Of a stretch of 64,000 nt of DNA, positions 11,650-25,242 are shown piece after piece. The translations under genes and the position numbers were made by a program. The DNA is from Octopus sinensis. Taxonomy: Eukaryota. The notes under the pieces were generated by a model, which was not told the origin of the DNA, made no database searches, and saw only the letters and a program-made list of their open reading frames with translations. The DNA lies in NCBI RefSeq assembly GCF_006345805.1, contig NC_042997.1:162440001-162504000 (forward strand), read 5' to 3'. Numbering within the stretch: position 1 is the first letter of the stretch; each line of letters starts with the position of its first letter.

Positions 11650-12385
11650 ATCACTTAACCATGAGAGAAAGGAAAATTCTGGTTGATGGAGAATCAATAA
11701 CTAATATACACTAATAAGACAAATACGGCTATATTTTCTGATGTAATATTTGGACAAATTCTTTGAACGATGGGTTCCTACGAACTTCTGTTACTTTGCT
11801 AATAACAACATTTGTAACGTACGTTTAATCTAAATGAATCTCATTCTCGTCTGTTCTATACAAAATATTACTTTGGTGGTCAATGAAATTAAATGTCACA
11901 TTGAAAATTACTTCTTTGTCAACATGCGAGCAGCTCTATGATTGTCGGACATGCTAAAAATAGTAGTCAAACATTTCTCAGACTTGTCCTTACCGTCTTG
12001 AATAGACGTGATGATACAGTGAATAATGTAATTTTAGCTGCATTATCTCTAAAACTAGGTGGTATTGTTATAGCTGGAACACTTTTGATCAAAGGTTTTC
12101 AACTCAAAGTTAATGTGGAGCTAAATAGCAACAGCACTTTCCTAAATCTTAAACCTAAAAACATTTCTCATGAACAGACTCTACTGATTGTCTCTTATTT
12201 CCTCGACTGATTTGAAGAATTTACCTTAATTCTTCGAACGAATGACATACTTAGGTTAACATGAAAGTCTACTAAAGTTTGCTTATCAATGTTGTCAGCT
12301 ATAATCTTTCGTTTAGGAATGCATGTTTACATAAAAATATCATACGTAAAACTGCAAAATATCATTCATTAACTGAATCTCTGGT
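11650..12385 (-). mobile_element. Very decayed mariner transposase remnant
   Basis: Minus-strand translation with stops and frameshifts gives GKCCCYLAPH*L*VENL and a TSDEK-like segment, echoing the mariner WVPHxL and TGDEKW motifs. Confidence 0.3.
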
Positions 12386-12389
12386 TTCA

Positions 12390-12590
12390 AATTTTGGCAC
12401 AAGGCCAGCAAGTTCGGAGGTGGGTAAGTCGATTACATTGACTTCACTTCTCAATTGGTACTTATTTTAACAACCCCGAAAGGATGAAAAGCAAAGTCGT
12501 CAGCGGCAGAATTCGAAATCAGAACGTAGAAACAGACGAAATGCAGCTAAGTATTTTGCCAGACGTGCTAACGATTCTGCCAGCTCGCCG
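12390..12590 (-). mobile_element. Octopus SINE family B
   Basis: Reverse complement of GGCGGCGAGCTGGCAGAATCGTTAGCACG...TTCTGATTTCGAATTCTGCCG...TTTTCATCCTTTCGGGG. Confidence 0.8.
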
Positions 12591-12879
12591 CCTAACTGAG
12601 TTTAATATTGACCAATATTATCCAACAAAGGGTGATTTTACTTTTCATTCCCGCTTTCACTCGGGAATGTGATAAAATAAGTTATTTTATCTACCCTAGG
12701 TACTAGGGTAGATTTAAACGACTATGCCCGCTGCTAAAGTGTGAAGGGTTGTGCTGTGATAAATAATGACTATCTTCTAAATACGTACAAAGTTGTACCT
12801 TTGCATATCATCACTACTTGATGTTGGCAATTTATGTTTCCCGTCCATAATCTTTTAACAATATTTGTGCAATCACTAA

Positions 12880-13085
12880 GGCAGCGATGAGGCAGAATCG
12901 TCTCCGCACCGGGGAAAATGCTTAGCGGCATTTCTTCCGACTTTACGTCATAAGTTCAAATGCAGCCGGGGTCGACTTTGTCTTTCATCTTTTCAGGATC
13001 CATAAAATAAGTACAAGTTGAACACTGGAACCGATTTAATAAACTTACCCACCTCTCATGAGGTTGCTGGCCTTGTTCCACAATT
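12880..13085 (+). mobile_element. Octopus SINE family B
   Basis: GGCAGCGATGAGGCAGAATCG...AAATGCTTAGCGGCATTTC...AGTTCAAATGCAGCCGGGGTCGACTTTG. Confidence 0.75.
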
Positions 13086-14459
13086 TGAAATCAATATATC
13101 TGCAATCATTTGTGGATAGAAATATATTTTTTGTTTCATATGTTTTGGTATTTGATTATGCTTGCATCAAGCACCAAAATATTTGGCAATCAAGTATTTC
13201 AATCTCAATAAGGCTGGTCTTCTTCAGAACATGCTTAGAGATCATTCTTCTTTAACGTGCACTATGAAGAAGGAGGTTCAAGATCGCTTTGATGATACAC
13301 GTACCAGATCAAATCTGGGGATCAAATCACATGGCATGAACACAGGATTTAAGAATAGAAAATATTTAATGGTAATTTTTTTTTATGAGCTTAAAGCTCA
13401 TAGCGATCACCGTGCAAATAACTAAGGAAAATAGTCTAATAATGGGGCATATAAACCCTCGACAGAAAAAAAAAACTATATTAGTTCTTAGTTATTTTTA
13501 TAAACAAACTTTAAATACTTTCGGTGCGAATGGTTTTGTTAAACGATTTATTGACTCATTCCAGCCACGTGTGCTACTGTTGCTCAATGCAGATTAAGCT
13601 TTACTGGTCACTGCTACCATACTGAAAACTACATCATATTAGATGATATTTTGGAGACTTCTACACTCTAAAAGAGAATGAAAATCACTAAACTATATTG
13701 ATATTGACAGAAATACATAACATGAAACTGAGAACCTACAAAAGCTAAGACAGAGATTCCTGGCACAGTGTAGTGAAACATATCTCAATTTCAGCATCAA
13801 GAAATTATTTTTTATTCATTTATAAAGTAGTGAAGTGGGAGAAACAGTGGAGCACTATATACTAGGGAGTCTTTCAGTATTTAGTTTCTTCTCTCTGTGA
13901 TCCAACTTCAATCCTGTCCAGGCTGATACGAACTTTTATCCCTCCCCAGAATCTATAAAATATATACTTGTTACATAAACGTATCATTCCTCTATACTCA
14001 CCCTGATTAATTAGTAGTCTTGTATTAATATAACAACTAATTATCTATGTATTCAGCTTTATAGATGTCCTTGATTAATTTAAGTTACGAGAGAAATGAA
14101 ATCATTCAAGCCATCCCCGGGTGATAAAGTAAACTTTCAACGAACGAAGTGGACTATTGCCTGGTTGAGCATTACTTACTCTCTAGCCTTTGGCTACTTT
14201 TTGCAGAGTCCACTCTTTTGCAAACATTTGAGCTATGTCTCCGGTCTGATTAAGCCATTAAAAGACAAATAAGTAAATGAATAAATAACCGACATTCCTG
14301 ATATAAAAAGGTACGCTAATTTTAATCAAATAACTCATTATCTTGCTTAATGTTATGGAGGGCTGATGCACTTAGTTTTGTAGTTAATAGCAGTTACTTT
14401 TATTCTCTTCATTTTCTTCCTATATATAAATAATCTCTCACACACGCAAACTCTCTATC

Positions 14460-14591
14460 ACACACACATACATACGTACATACATAATACATACATACAT
14501 ACATGCATACATACTTACATATAGACATACATACGTACATGTATATATGTATGTATATATATATATATATTATATATATATATATATATAT

Positions 14592-14638
<47 letters not shown>

Positions 14639-14667
14639 TGTATATATATGTATACATATATATATAC

Positions 14668-14741
<74 letters not shown>

Positions 14742-14880
14742 TTATATATATTTATATGTGTATATATATATATATGTATATATATATACACACACACATA
14801 CATACATACATACATACATACATACATACATACATACATAAACACATACGCATCTACAATTACACGCGCGCACGCACACA
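14460..14880. repeat. Compound (CATA)n/(TA)n microsatellite
   Basis: Direct inspection. Confidence 0.95.
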
Positions 14881-15237
14881 TACATTATTTATTTATACCA
14901 ATTTTTGTTATAAATTAACCTTTTCCAGAAACAATTTCCATTACCTCTACTATGTCACGACTTATCTTATGCCAATAACAAGAGGGACAGGCGATATGTA
15001 CATCTTACATAACCACTTTCAATAATACATAATAATTATCAAACTTAGCTACTAAGTCCACTTTCCAAATAAAACATAACTTTTATTATCCCGCTAAGAA
15101 TAAACAATATTAATTTATAGTAGCACATTAAACTTACTTTATTAGCTATATTATGACTTAATATAACTTACAAAAAGTTTACTAGTTTTTTAATTCTTAA
15201 AATATAAACTGACGACAGCAATATATATATATATATA

Positions 15238-18078
15238 TACTTGGAAATGGATGCGTGGTGTTCGATCATATAATAATATAAATATATATGCATATATACA
15301 TGCATATATATACATACTTACATATATATGTATATATGTATGAAAACGTGAACAAAATGAAAAACCAGACCATAAAAAAACAACAAAAACATGGAAAACG
15401 AACTTTTTTCGGACAACGAAAGAAACAAATAGAGAAACGAGACAGGCAGCATAAAGAATAATCTCTTCATCAGTTGCCCTTGCTTTATCTACTCCGTGTT
15501 TCGGTGGTAAGGACAAGACGCGAATCGTTAAAAAAGTCCTTCCCTCAAAGCAAATTAAATAAAATTTGGGATTTTTGCGGAGGGTTAAAGTAGTAACAAA
15601 AATAGGTCAGTAAGAACAAAACAGCAAAAACAAACGGTGAGGGTTGTTAAGCCATAACGAGTTGAAGTGGTGAACGCTGGAGAAAGGAGCTGTGAGAAGA
15701 GACAGGCAAAAGTAGGTCTTATCACTTGTAAAGCAAGAGGAAAAAAGAACGATAGCCGCTGGTCACGTGTGAGCAACGAGAGAGTCAAGGGGGAAGAGTG
15801 AGGGAGGGAGAGGGAGAGGAAGAGAACGGTGAAGGGGGGAGGAGAAGAAAAACAGAAAGAAAGAAGAATAAGCGAAGGGAGAATAGAGAGGGTAGAGTGA
15901 ATTATTAAGATAAAACTTACTTGGAAATGGATGCGTGACGCTCGATCATATAATAATATGATTAATATATATATATATATATGCATTTATACATACATAT
16001 ACACAGACATGCAGGAAGTAATCAGACACCTTTAATTTTCAAAATCTTTTATTTAATACGCAAAGCAAACAATTGAAATCTAATCGATAGGTAGGACTAC
16101 ATACTTTAGTATTTAGTTGACATTCCCTTTGCAGTTTTTAATTGAGAAACTCTTTTTGGCATTGAACTGATGAGCTTTGTGATTGTCTCTTGTGGAATTT
16201 CTGTCCACTTTTCACGCAACAATCGAAACAGTTCATCTTCAGATTTAGGTTTCTGTCGAGTTTTTCGCATAGCTCAATTTAGTATGCTCCAAAGATTTTC
16301 AATTGGCTTCATGTCAGGAGATTGGCTCGGCCAAGGAAGCTTTTTGATCGCATTTTCAGTAAGCCATTGTTGATTCCTTTTCGCTATGTGGCATGGAGCC
16401 CCATCTTCCTTGAATAAAAACTCATTTTTCGTTATGTTATTGTGTGAATACATCGGAAGTAGTCCTTGCTTAAGTATTTCGATGTATTTTTCAGAGTTTA
16501 TGGTTCCAACACATTCGATTAGCTCAGAATGACCATTGCTAGTGACAGCTCCCCATACCTTTACAGAGATACCGCCAGGTTTCACAGATGGTTGGAGTCG
16601 TTTCAAATCAAATTCTTGACTGGGAAGCCTCCAGCCCCAAACATGCCCACTGTTATGCAAATCTGGAGTCATCTGAGAAAATCACTCTATCCCAAAATGA
16701 GCTGGATTTTTATGACATCACCTTAGCCCATTTCTTTCTTTTCATGATATTAATTGGTTGAAGGAGAATTTTTCTTCTAGCTGCTCATCCATAATACCCA
16801 AGCTTATGCAGATATGTAACACATATTCTTGGACTAACATCTATCTGTTTTGCAATGTCAGAAACCTTCGAACGGGGTTCGTTTTCCACAATTCTCTTCA
16901 AACAGCGAAGCTTCCTTTCCGAGGGCCCAGGTCGGCTGGGACGAGAATCTGTTGATTCTTTTCCTTGGCTTTTGAATTGCACTACAATTCTTTTAACAGT
17001 AGCAAGAGGATTTTGAAGATTTTCGGCAATTTTTCGCTGGCTAAAACCAGCCTCAGATTGCCCAACAATACGACCTCTTTGAAAATCTGACAGTTCTGTT
17101 GAATTATTTGTGCGTGGCACGGTTACTCTTCGCAAATGTTTAATATAATGGCACCTGGAAAGAAAAAAGAATAATTACATTGTAATTTCTACACCGCTGA
17201 AAACATACTGACACGCTTAGATCAGAAATTTGGAAAACTAAATGTGTCCATTTACTTCCTGCATGTCGGTGTATGTACATACCTATGTATAAATGTATAT
17301 ATATATATATATGCATATATGGATATATGGATAAAAAAAACGTAAACAAAAGGAAAAATGTATGTACATATGTTCGTTTTCCATGTTTTTCTTGTTTTAT
17401 TATGTTCTCGTTTTTCATTTTGTTCACGTTTTATTTGACGTTCTGTGCCCATATATGCATGTATATATACATATATATGTAGGTATGTACATATATGTAT
17501 GTATATATGCATATATATATTATTTATATTATTAAATGATCAAAGACCATGCATCCATTTCCAAGTGCGTTTTATCTTAATAATTCAGATGCGTACTCTT
17601 CACTCTCTATTCTCCCTTCGCTTCTTCTTTCTTTCTATTTTTCTTCTCCTTCCCCTTCACCGTTCTCTTTCTCTCCCTCCCTCTTTACCCTTGACTCTCT
17701 CGTTGCTCACACGTGACCAGCGGCTATCGTTCTTTGTTTCTCTTGCTTTACAAGAAATAAGACCTACCTTTGCCTGTCTCTTCTCACAGCTCTTTTCTCC
17801 AGAGTTCACCACTTCACCTCGTTATGGCTTAACAGCCCCCACCATTTGTTTTAACTGTTTTGTTCTTACTGTCCTGTTTTTGTTACCACTTTAACCCTCC
17901 GCAAAAATCCTAAATTTTATTTAATTTGCTTTGAGGGAAGGACTGCTTTCTTCGAAGTCGCGTCTTGTCCTAACTTTCGAAAAGCGGAGTAGATAAAACA
18001 AGGGACAACTGACGAAGGGATTGTTCTTTATGTTGCCGGTCTCGTTTCTCTATTTGTTTCTTTCGTTGTCCGGAAAAA
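15238..18078. repeat. Long imperfect inverted duplication (arms about 15238-15985 and 17370-18078) flanking a Tc1 element
   Basis: For example, 15901 ATTATTAAGATAAAACTTACTTGGAAATGGATGC is the reverse complement of 17551-17583 GCATCCATTTCCAAGTGCGTTTTATCTTAATAAT; alignment continues over several hundred bp. Confidence 0.85.
16002..17271 (-). mobile_element. Full-length Tc1-like DD34E transposon with disrupted transposase
   Basis: TIRs CAC(A/C)GACATGCAGGAAGTAA, with TA on both sides. N-terminus ELSDFQRGRIVGQSEAG; catalytic EDGAPCH and WPSQSPDMKPIENLW have 34 residues between D and E. The transposase is split over several frames. Confidence 0.92.
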
Positions 18079-18389
18079 GTAATGGTAGTAAAAAATTTTA
18101 AATATAACATAATGACTGGTTTAATGTGAAGGTTTGAATAATACTTTATAAACTAGTCAAGCGAAGGAAAGGAAAATGGAACATTATCTTTGCAGATTCT
18201 CCCAGACTGGTGACATTGATGTGGTTGATATTCAGTTTGAACATATATCCACTATAATTTTCTGCAGGAAAGAAACCACAAGCAAAGTGAATGGCTCAGG
18301 TGTGTAGTTTGAATGCTTGCAGACAAGTTAATTAAGCTGAAGTCATCAAAGAACCAAGTATTGATGTTAAATTGGAAGCAAAAAGTAAG

Positions 18390-18860
18390 CGGGCATGGCT
18401 GTGTGATTGAGAATCTCGCTTTGCGACCACATGATTAAGGCTTCGATCCTTCTGCTTGGCACCTTGGGCAAGTGTCTTCTACTATAGCTTCGGACTGGCC
18501 AATGCCTTCTGAGTGGATTTGGTAGACGGAAACTGAGAAAGCCTGTCCTATATATGTGTGGGTGTGTGTGCATGCATGCGTGTACGAATGTGTGTGTGCG
18601 TGCATGTGTGTACGAATGTGTGTGTATGTGTGCGTTTCTGTGTCATTGTTTTTGTGTTTTCCCTTCCCCGCCACGGGACAACCATTGTTTAGATCTCCGT
18701 AATCTAGCTAAAAAGATCTACAGAATAAGTACCAAACTTTAAAAAGTTAAGTACTGGGGTTGATTTATTAAAAATAAATAAATAAATAAATATATAAATA
18801 AATAAAAACTCCTTCCAAGCTGTGCACATAGCCGTAGTCCAATGACTGAAACATGTGGCA
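18390..18860 (+). mobile_element. Diverged octopus SINE family A
   Basis: GCATGGCTGTGTG...GGCACCTTGGGCAAGTGTCTTCTACTATAGC...GTAGACGGAAACTG...CAATGACTGAAACA. Confidence 0.75.
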
Positions 18861-19972
18861 TAAGAAAGAAGAAAACAGATAGTTTCAGAGACATGTGCCT
18901 TTCTTTGAAGAAAGTAGGAAAAGAGAAAAATGTAATTTTCTTGACAGCCAGAATTGATGCGCTTCGAGAAGTGTTTAGCGAATTTAGGTGAGGAAGGGCA
19001 GAGTAAGAACAGTACAAGTCAATGTACACCTGACTCTAAGAAACAAAATACAGAGAGACATTCCATCTTACCGCTAAATGACACATATTGAATTACACAT
19101 AAACTTGTAGCCAATAAGAAATTAAATACTATAAATATAAATAGTTCCAAACAACTGAATTCTTAAATTAAAATATTTGCAGATTTAATTAAAGACTTGA
19201 AATATATAAAAAGAAAATAATCTATTTCTGAAAATCAATTTTTCAGATGTAGTTTCAAGATGTTAGTATTTTCTTCTAAGTTGGCTGTGATGAATATTGC
19301 AAATGCTGGGTTCAATTATCTAGCCAATAACAGAAGAAATGTTGATTTACATACACTAAGTGGCTATTTTTATTAATTTCTCCACCCTTTGATTAAGGCG
19401 AATAATTATAAAATGACAATTGAAGGTTAATGTTGAAACATAAGCATACACACATGCACACAGACGTGTGCACGCTCACACACAGACGCACACACACTCG
19501 CACACACACACATACATACAACACACACGTATATATGTAGGTATGTACATGTATCCTTTTATGTATGACTGTATGTATGTATATGTGTATACACACACAT
19601 ACACACACATGCACACACACATATACTCATATATATATATATACATATATACATACATATATATGTATACATGTACATGCATACTCACGCACACACACAC
19701 GTACGCACGTACACATATGCATAGAGAGAGAGTGGGATGAAGAAAGAAGGAAGGAGAGAGAAAGAGCGAGACCTTTTTATCTTTTTTCTTGTTTGTTAAT
19801 GCGATGAGTGGTGTCAACCTAGCTTATACATGTATTTATTTATAATGATTTATGTATTGCTGAAGTTGATCCGATAAATAATGTCAACTGCTTAATCTAT
19901 AACGTTGTACACACAAACATACACAGACATACTCACACACATAATATCTGTGTGTGCGTGGATACACACGCA

Positions 19973-20988
19973 CGAGGGTTGTGTACCGAAAGTAATGCAA
20001 TCCGTAACTCTCTTTCCTATTCTTCTTCATTACTGGCACAAAATTGGTGCTAATGTCAGACAAAGTGCCGTCACTTAGTTCTTGATGAAGGAGAGGTGAA
20101 GGCTGTCCGACATACCTATAAATCTACAAGTTGTTTACGGAGATGACACCATCGACAAAAGCAATGTCCACCGATGAGTAAAGAAGGTTTAACATGGGAA
20201 AAACCATGCAGTGTAGCACCATCAGCTGCAGCTAGTGACACGAATCACCAGCGAGTGGACGAGCTGATTCGCATGGTTAGACGAGTTACAATCTGTGGGC
20301 TTGCTGAGCAACTGTCATAATACTCTGGGTATCGGAAATGTGTGTAAAGCGGTTATGAAACCTAGGACTACTGGAAAGTAAAAGCGCCATGGAATGACGT
20401 CGAACTTCTTATCTAAGGCGTAAGAAGTTCAAGAGTCAGCGATTGTCACTAAAATCATGATGGCTGTTTGATGGGAGTAACAAGGGTGTCATTATTGATT
20501 TTCAGGAATACCGTTGTATTGGAAACAACAATCGGTACACTAAGATATTCAAAAAGCTTAGAGAAGCCGTTTGGAGGAAAATGTCGAACAAGTATCTGAA
20601 AAGGATTCATATTCACTATGACAATGTGCAACATATACATCTTTAGTAAAAAAGATCGGGCAATCAGCGAGTGTGGGCAAGTCTATGTATAATTCAGGTC
20701 TGACGCCCACCGGCTTTCACCCGTTCGGTACAATGAAGGATAATTTTCAGAGATAGCGATTTTTTGACAGAGACAAAGTGAAAGGGACTGTGAAGAAGTG
20801 GGTACAATAGGGTACACCTAAATTTTTTCAAAGACTATTCGTAAGTTGGGTTCGACAACGTCGGAAATGTTTCACTTGTAATGGAGATGTTGAATAGTAC
20901 ATCTACTAACAATTTAGACAATTTGAATAACCAATGATTCTAGAAAAGATTTTGCCCGATTTTGTATTTACTTTCGTTATAACCTTCG
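19973..20988 (+). mobile_element. Decayed mariner element
   Basis: TIRs CGAGGGTTGTGTACCGAAAGTAATGCAA and a degenerate TTTACTTTCGTTATAACCTTCG. Remnants NLQVVYGDDTIDKSNVHR*VKK and KIMMAV**E.QGV, plus a C-terminal segment resembling KLVxRWxKC...GDYVE. Confidence 0.7.
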
Positions 20989-22025
20989 CGGGGGTGTGTG
21001 CTCATGATATTTTTTCCCGACGTTTTGTACTCCGAATTCAAATTCCGTTGACGTCAACTTTGCCTTTTACTCTTTGGGGTCAAATAAAGCTCACCAGTCT
21101 GGGGCAGTGCAAAATTTGAAGGTCAGGCAAAATGGAAACTGGATTAATGATAATAGTTATTAAACATATATTTGTAGTTAAAATTGAAATTATTGGAAAC
21201 TATTAAACATTTTCACAAGGTAGAATACCCTGAAAGCAGTTATTTTTCAACTATCAATCTGTATGTATACACAAAAATATTTTCTATTCTCTCGATTCCT
21301 AATTTATTAAAGTCCTACGGAGAAGAAAAAGAGAGCCATTTCATGACTTTCTCCCAGACCGTTATTATTTCCGTCTTAAGGAAATTTCTCATTTCATAAA
21401 ATCTTTAATAGTCACGGGTTAAGACGTGCTAAGGAACTCTAAAATAGAATGAAATAGTGCTGTACATGATTACCAGTAACTAGAAACGTTAAGAAATTTA
21501 TATTAAGTAATCAAAAAAATTATAGACATGTGAATTCTATGCGTATTTTTTACTATAAATTTCTAAACCAGCTTCATATTATGGCGAGATTATTATCTCC
21601 CTTGCAATAGCTGCAACCGTTAACGGAGCTAACATGAGTCAGATTAATATAATTTGTCCGTTCTAAGATCATTAACAGCTTCACAGGGCGCAGGTAATTT
21701 ATTATTAATATTTTCAGCAACCATACAATAATATTTCACTTCTCTCAAACCTCTCAGTAAGTAAAACATTGAGAAATATTCTTCCAGAAAACACCGAGAT
21801 TCACAGACGTATGCTGCACGGGTGCTTTAATTCTGTCATTTAATTACTGTCATTCTGAACCACCATCTTCAAGAGATTTTGAATCTATTATATGAGCCTT
21901 ACTACTTTATCTGGTACTGTTTCATCTTTCTATCGAAAGCGAAATACGAAATGGTCCGAACATAAAGAGGGGTAATAAAAATGAAAATTAAATAACGGGT
22001 ATTTTTATTACCAATGCAGATTCTA

Positions 22026-22062
<37 letters not shown>

Positions 22063-22070
22063 CATATATA

Positions 22071-22690
22071 TTAGGTCGTCAAGTATGAAATTTGTAGTAA
22101 GGTATATGGTAAATTTTAACAGCTGCTCATTTTGTGCCATTATATTTTGACAATTTTTATTTTTTTTTTTAGAAAGCTGACGCATCTATTTCTTTATTCT
22201 AACTCATTTTGCGCTTTATAAAGTATATATAAATCGTCTTTTGCTACTTTTGTTCAGAGATGGATAAGTCGGAAATTCGTACAATTTTAAAATATGAGTT
22301 CTTTCTTGGAAATACAGCATCACAGACAGCTCGGAATATTAATGGAATATTTATTCTAATGTTATTGCACAGCAAACAGTATGAAATTGGTTTGCAAAAT
22401 TTCGTTCTGGTAAATTTGACTTCACAAATGAGCAACGCGGTCGACCAGAAACAAAAGTGGATAATGACGAACTGAAAGCCACTGTCGAGTCAGATCCATC
22501 ACAAAGTGACCGTGAATCATCTTCGTTGTTTGGTGTTATCAAGCAAACAATATTGGCTCACCTCGTAAAGTGAAAAAGTTGGATAAGTAGGTTCCACATG
22601 AACTCGATAAAAATCAGAAACAGCAACGTTTGGAAGCCGCATTGTGCTACTTTCTCGTCACAAAAATGAATCAGTTTTGAAGTCTTTTCT
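22071..22690 (+). mobile_element. 5' half of a mariner transposon
   Basis: TA followed by TTAGGTCGTCAAGTATGAAAT; MDKSEIRTILKYEFFLGNTASQTARNIN, VDNDELKATVESDP and KKLDK*VPHELDKNQKQQRLE. Confidence 0.8.
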
Positions 22691-22782
22691 CTAACAATAA
22701 CATTAAGCAGAAGCTACAATCAATGTCAGAACTGCTGTCTTTATTTGGAGAATTTATTTAATTTATCTTATATACAGTATTG

Positions 22783-23113
22783 GCGCATGGCTCAGTGGTT
22801 AGAGCGTCGAGCTTACGATCGTGAGGTTGTGAGCTCGAATCCCGGACCGGGCTGCGTGTTGTGTTCTTGAGCAAAGCACTTTATTTCACGTTGCTCCAGT
22901 TTACTCAGCTGTAGATATGAGTTGCGACGTCACTGGTGCCAAACTGTATCGATCTTTGTTTTTCCCTTGGATAACACTGGTGGCGTGGAGAGGGGAGGCT
23001 GGTATGCATGGGCGACTGCTGGTCTTCCATAAACAACCTTGCCCAGACTTGTGTCTAGGAGGGTAACTTTCTAGGTGCAATCCCATGGTCATTCATGACC
23101 GAAGGGGGTCTTT
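22783..23113 (+). mobile_element. Complete tRNA-derived SINE (family C) with 11-bp target-site duplication
   Basis: A box TGGCTCAGTGG and B box GCTCGAATCC; TACAGTATTGG at both 22773-22783 and 23113-23123. Confidence 0.88.
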
Positions 23114-23744
23114 ACAGTATTGGATCCTCTAATTTTGCTACTATTACCGTTTGTTAAAATACCGAATCGAGAATAACAAGGGCAACTATTTATTTATAAA
23201 TACGTTACTATAAGTACTTATATATAATATACGTATTTATAACGCACGTACGTTATCCTTATCCATGATAGAGATATTTTCCGTAATCATAAATCATTTC
23301 TGGTGACTTCAACTGTACCTAATTTATTTGTTTATTTATTTTTCAAGGTCTCTTCAATAAACAAGAATGCACCAAGTAAACTGTTAATAATGGAATGGAA
23401 ATACAGTATCAACGTTGTGTGGCTACGGCCAGCATCGTAAATCATCAGGTAAACTCCTATTGAGTTGCATGCTAGTTCCGTTTCCTACTTGGAGCCAAGT
23501 CTCTTTACTTTCGTTGATAATTGTAGAAAGTATCAACATTCTTTCTCGCCTCCCCTTCCCCACGACCAAGTTAAGGCTTTTGCCTCAACTCCACTTAAAT
23601 GGACAAAAGCGCTAATATATGATAAATGATATATGATGTATAAAAACATGTAATATACAAATAAATATCTGTAAATATAAAACCATCCGAATTTCTGAGT
23701 ACCTCATTTCTTCTAATATAAATATACATACACACACACACACA

Positions 23745-23840
<96 letters not shown>

Positions 23841-23843
<3 letters not shown>

Positions 23844-25222
23844 CAGGCTCTGCAGTGACAACCACGACTCATGAGTCACCACTTCATCTTTCGTGAATAT
23901 CCCCTCACCACTATCCACACTGCCCTTGCCAGAGTACTTCCATGACCCGTGCCTCTGCTCTATCTCCTCGCACCCGCCCCACCGTTGCCCGTTTTCCGTT
24001 TCCCTCACCTACCACTCCTCCACCCTGTCCCTCCAACGCACCATTCACTGAGCCTTCTGGCGACTCCAGTCCGACTCCTTCACTTCGCATATCTTTCCCA
24101 AATTACCCCTTACCTCCTTCAAACGAGCCCACAACCTACTTGACCTCCTGGCCCACAATTTCTTCCCTAATACCTCCCTCCCAGCCTAGCTCGATCCCCT
24201 ACTCCCGCCCATGCTGCCGCACTTGGCCCTACCTCTCCAACAACACCATTCTCGCAGACACCTATCATCGTCCCTATCATATTAATGACTCTTTTACCTA
24301 CACTTCTAGCAACGTCATCTCCTGCTCTTTCTGCGCTTCTCTGTACATCGGTCAAACGGGAAGCCGCTTGGCTGACCGGTTCGCGAAGCACCTTCGAGAC
24401 ATTAGATTCGGCAATGACTCCATGGTCTCGCGCCATTTCCACTCTATCTATGTTCGGATTGTTTTTGCCGTGAACCGAAATTAATCTTCTCTCTTCGTTC
24501 TTTTGCTCCACATGGGCTCGACTACCCTCCCCTCTTCACCTAACTCCCTTCCTCTCTTCTCCCCTCTTGCTATGACACCTGCTTCCTCTCTTTACTCCTA
24601 CCCACCTTCTCCCTTGATTTATACCCCTCAAACCTTACCCCACCCCATACATACCCCACCCCATACATACCCCACACCTCCGCCTTCACCCACACATCCT
24701 CACCCCACCTCACATTCTCACCCTAAACCTACACCCCACCCTCATATCCTCATACCACCACACCACATCACACCACTCCACACCACTCCGCACACACTAG
24801 CAATGACCACTTCCCAGCACCCACATTGTCATCCACACACCTACACATTACAGACGCACATACACACACGCACACATCCACACGTCAAAGTCACCAGCCT
24901 CTATCCACATGCACGCGCACACGCATACACACGCACACCTTGGTTTGGGGATCATGAGTACTTTATTATTTCCCCTTCTTCCTAGCTCTCCTGTACAACT
25001 ACCTTTTTCCAACAAGCCATCATGATTCACCGCTAAATCCACAAGTTTTAAAAATTCTTTCACTCTTTATTTCCTCGTGTTCCTTTCTGCTGAAGAGCGT
25101 AGGCTTGAAACGTAAAAGACTTTCTCACATTTCCGAGCCTCAAACTAATACACCTGTTTGTTCTTTAATACACCTGTCTTCGTCTTTTGTTTTTCTGGGT
25201 TTTTTTTTTGCTTTTCTTTAAC
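23841..25222 (+). mobile_element. 5'-truncated Penelope-like element with a GIY-YIG endonuclease remnant, inserted in (TA)n
   Basis: RRLCSD, IFPKLPLTSFKRAHNLLDLL and SSNVISCSFCASLYIGQTGSRLADRFAKHLRDIR...VSRHF; frameshifts and stops; (TA)n on both sides. Confidence 0.8.
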
Positions 25223-25242
25223 TATATATATATATATATATA

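Noticed and set aside
13100-13800. Possible LINE C-terminal remnant
   Set aside because: Too degenerate; no diagnostic motif could be read.
22783-22855. tRNA-like sequence (also the heads of the other SINEs)
   Set aside because: No closed acceptor stem, and it continues into a SINE body with a TSD; a SINE head, not a tRNA gene.
23942-24985. Pro/His-rich ORFs of 180 and 160 aa as host genes
   Set aside because: They are frameshifted Penelope-like element sequence and a C/A-rich low-complexity 3' region.
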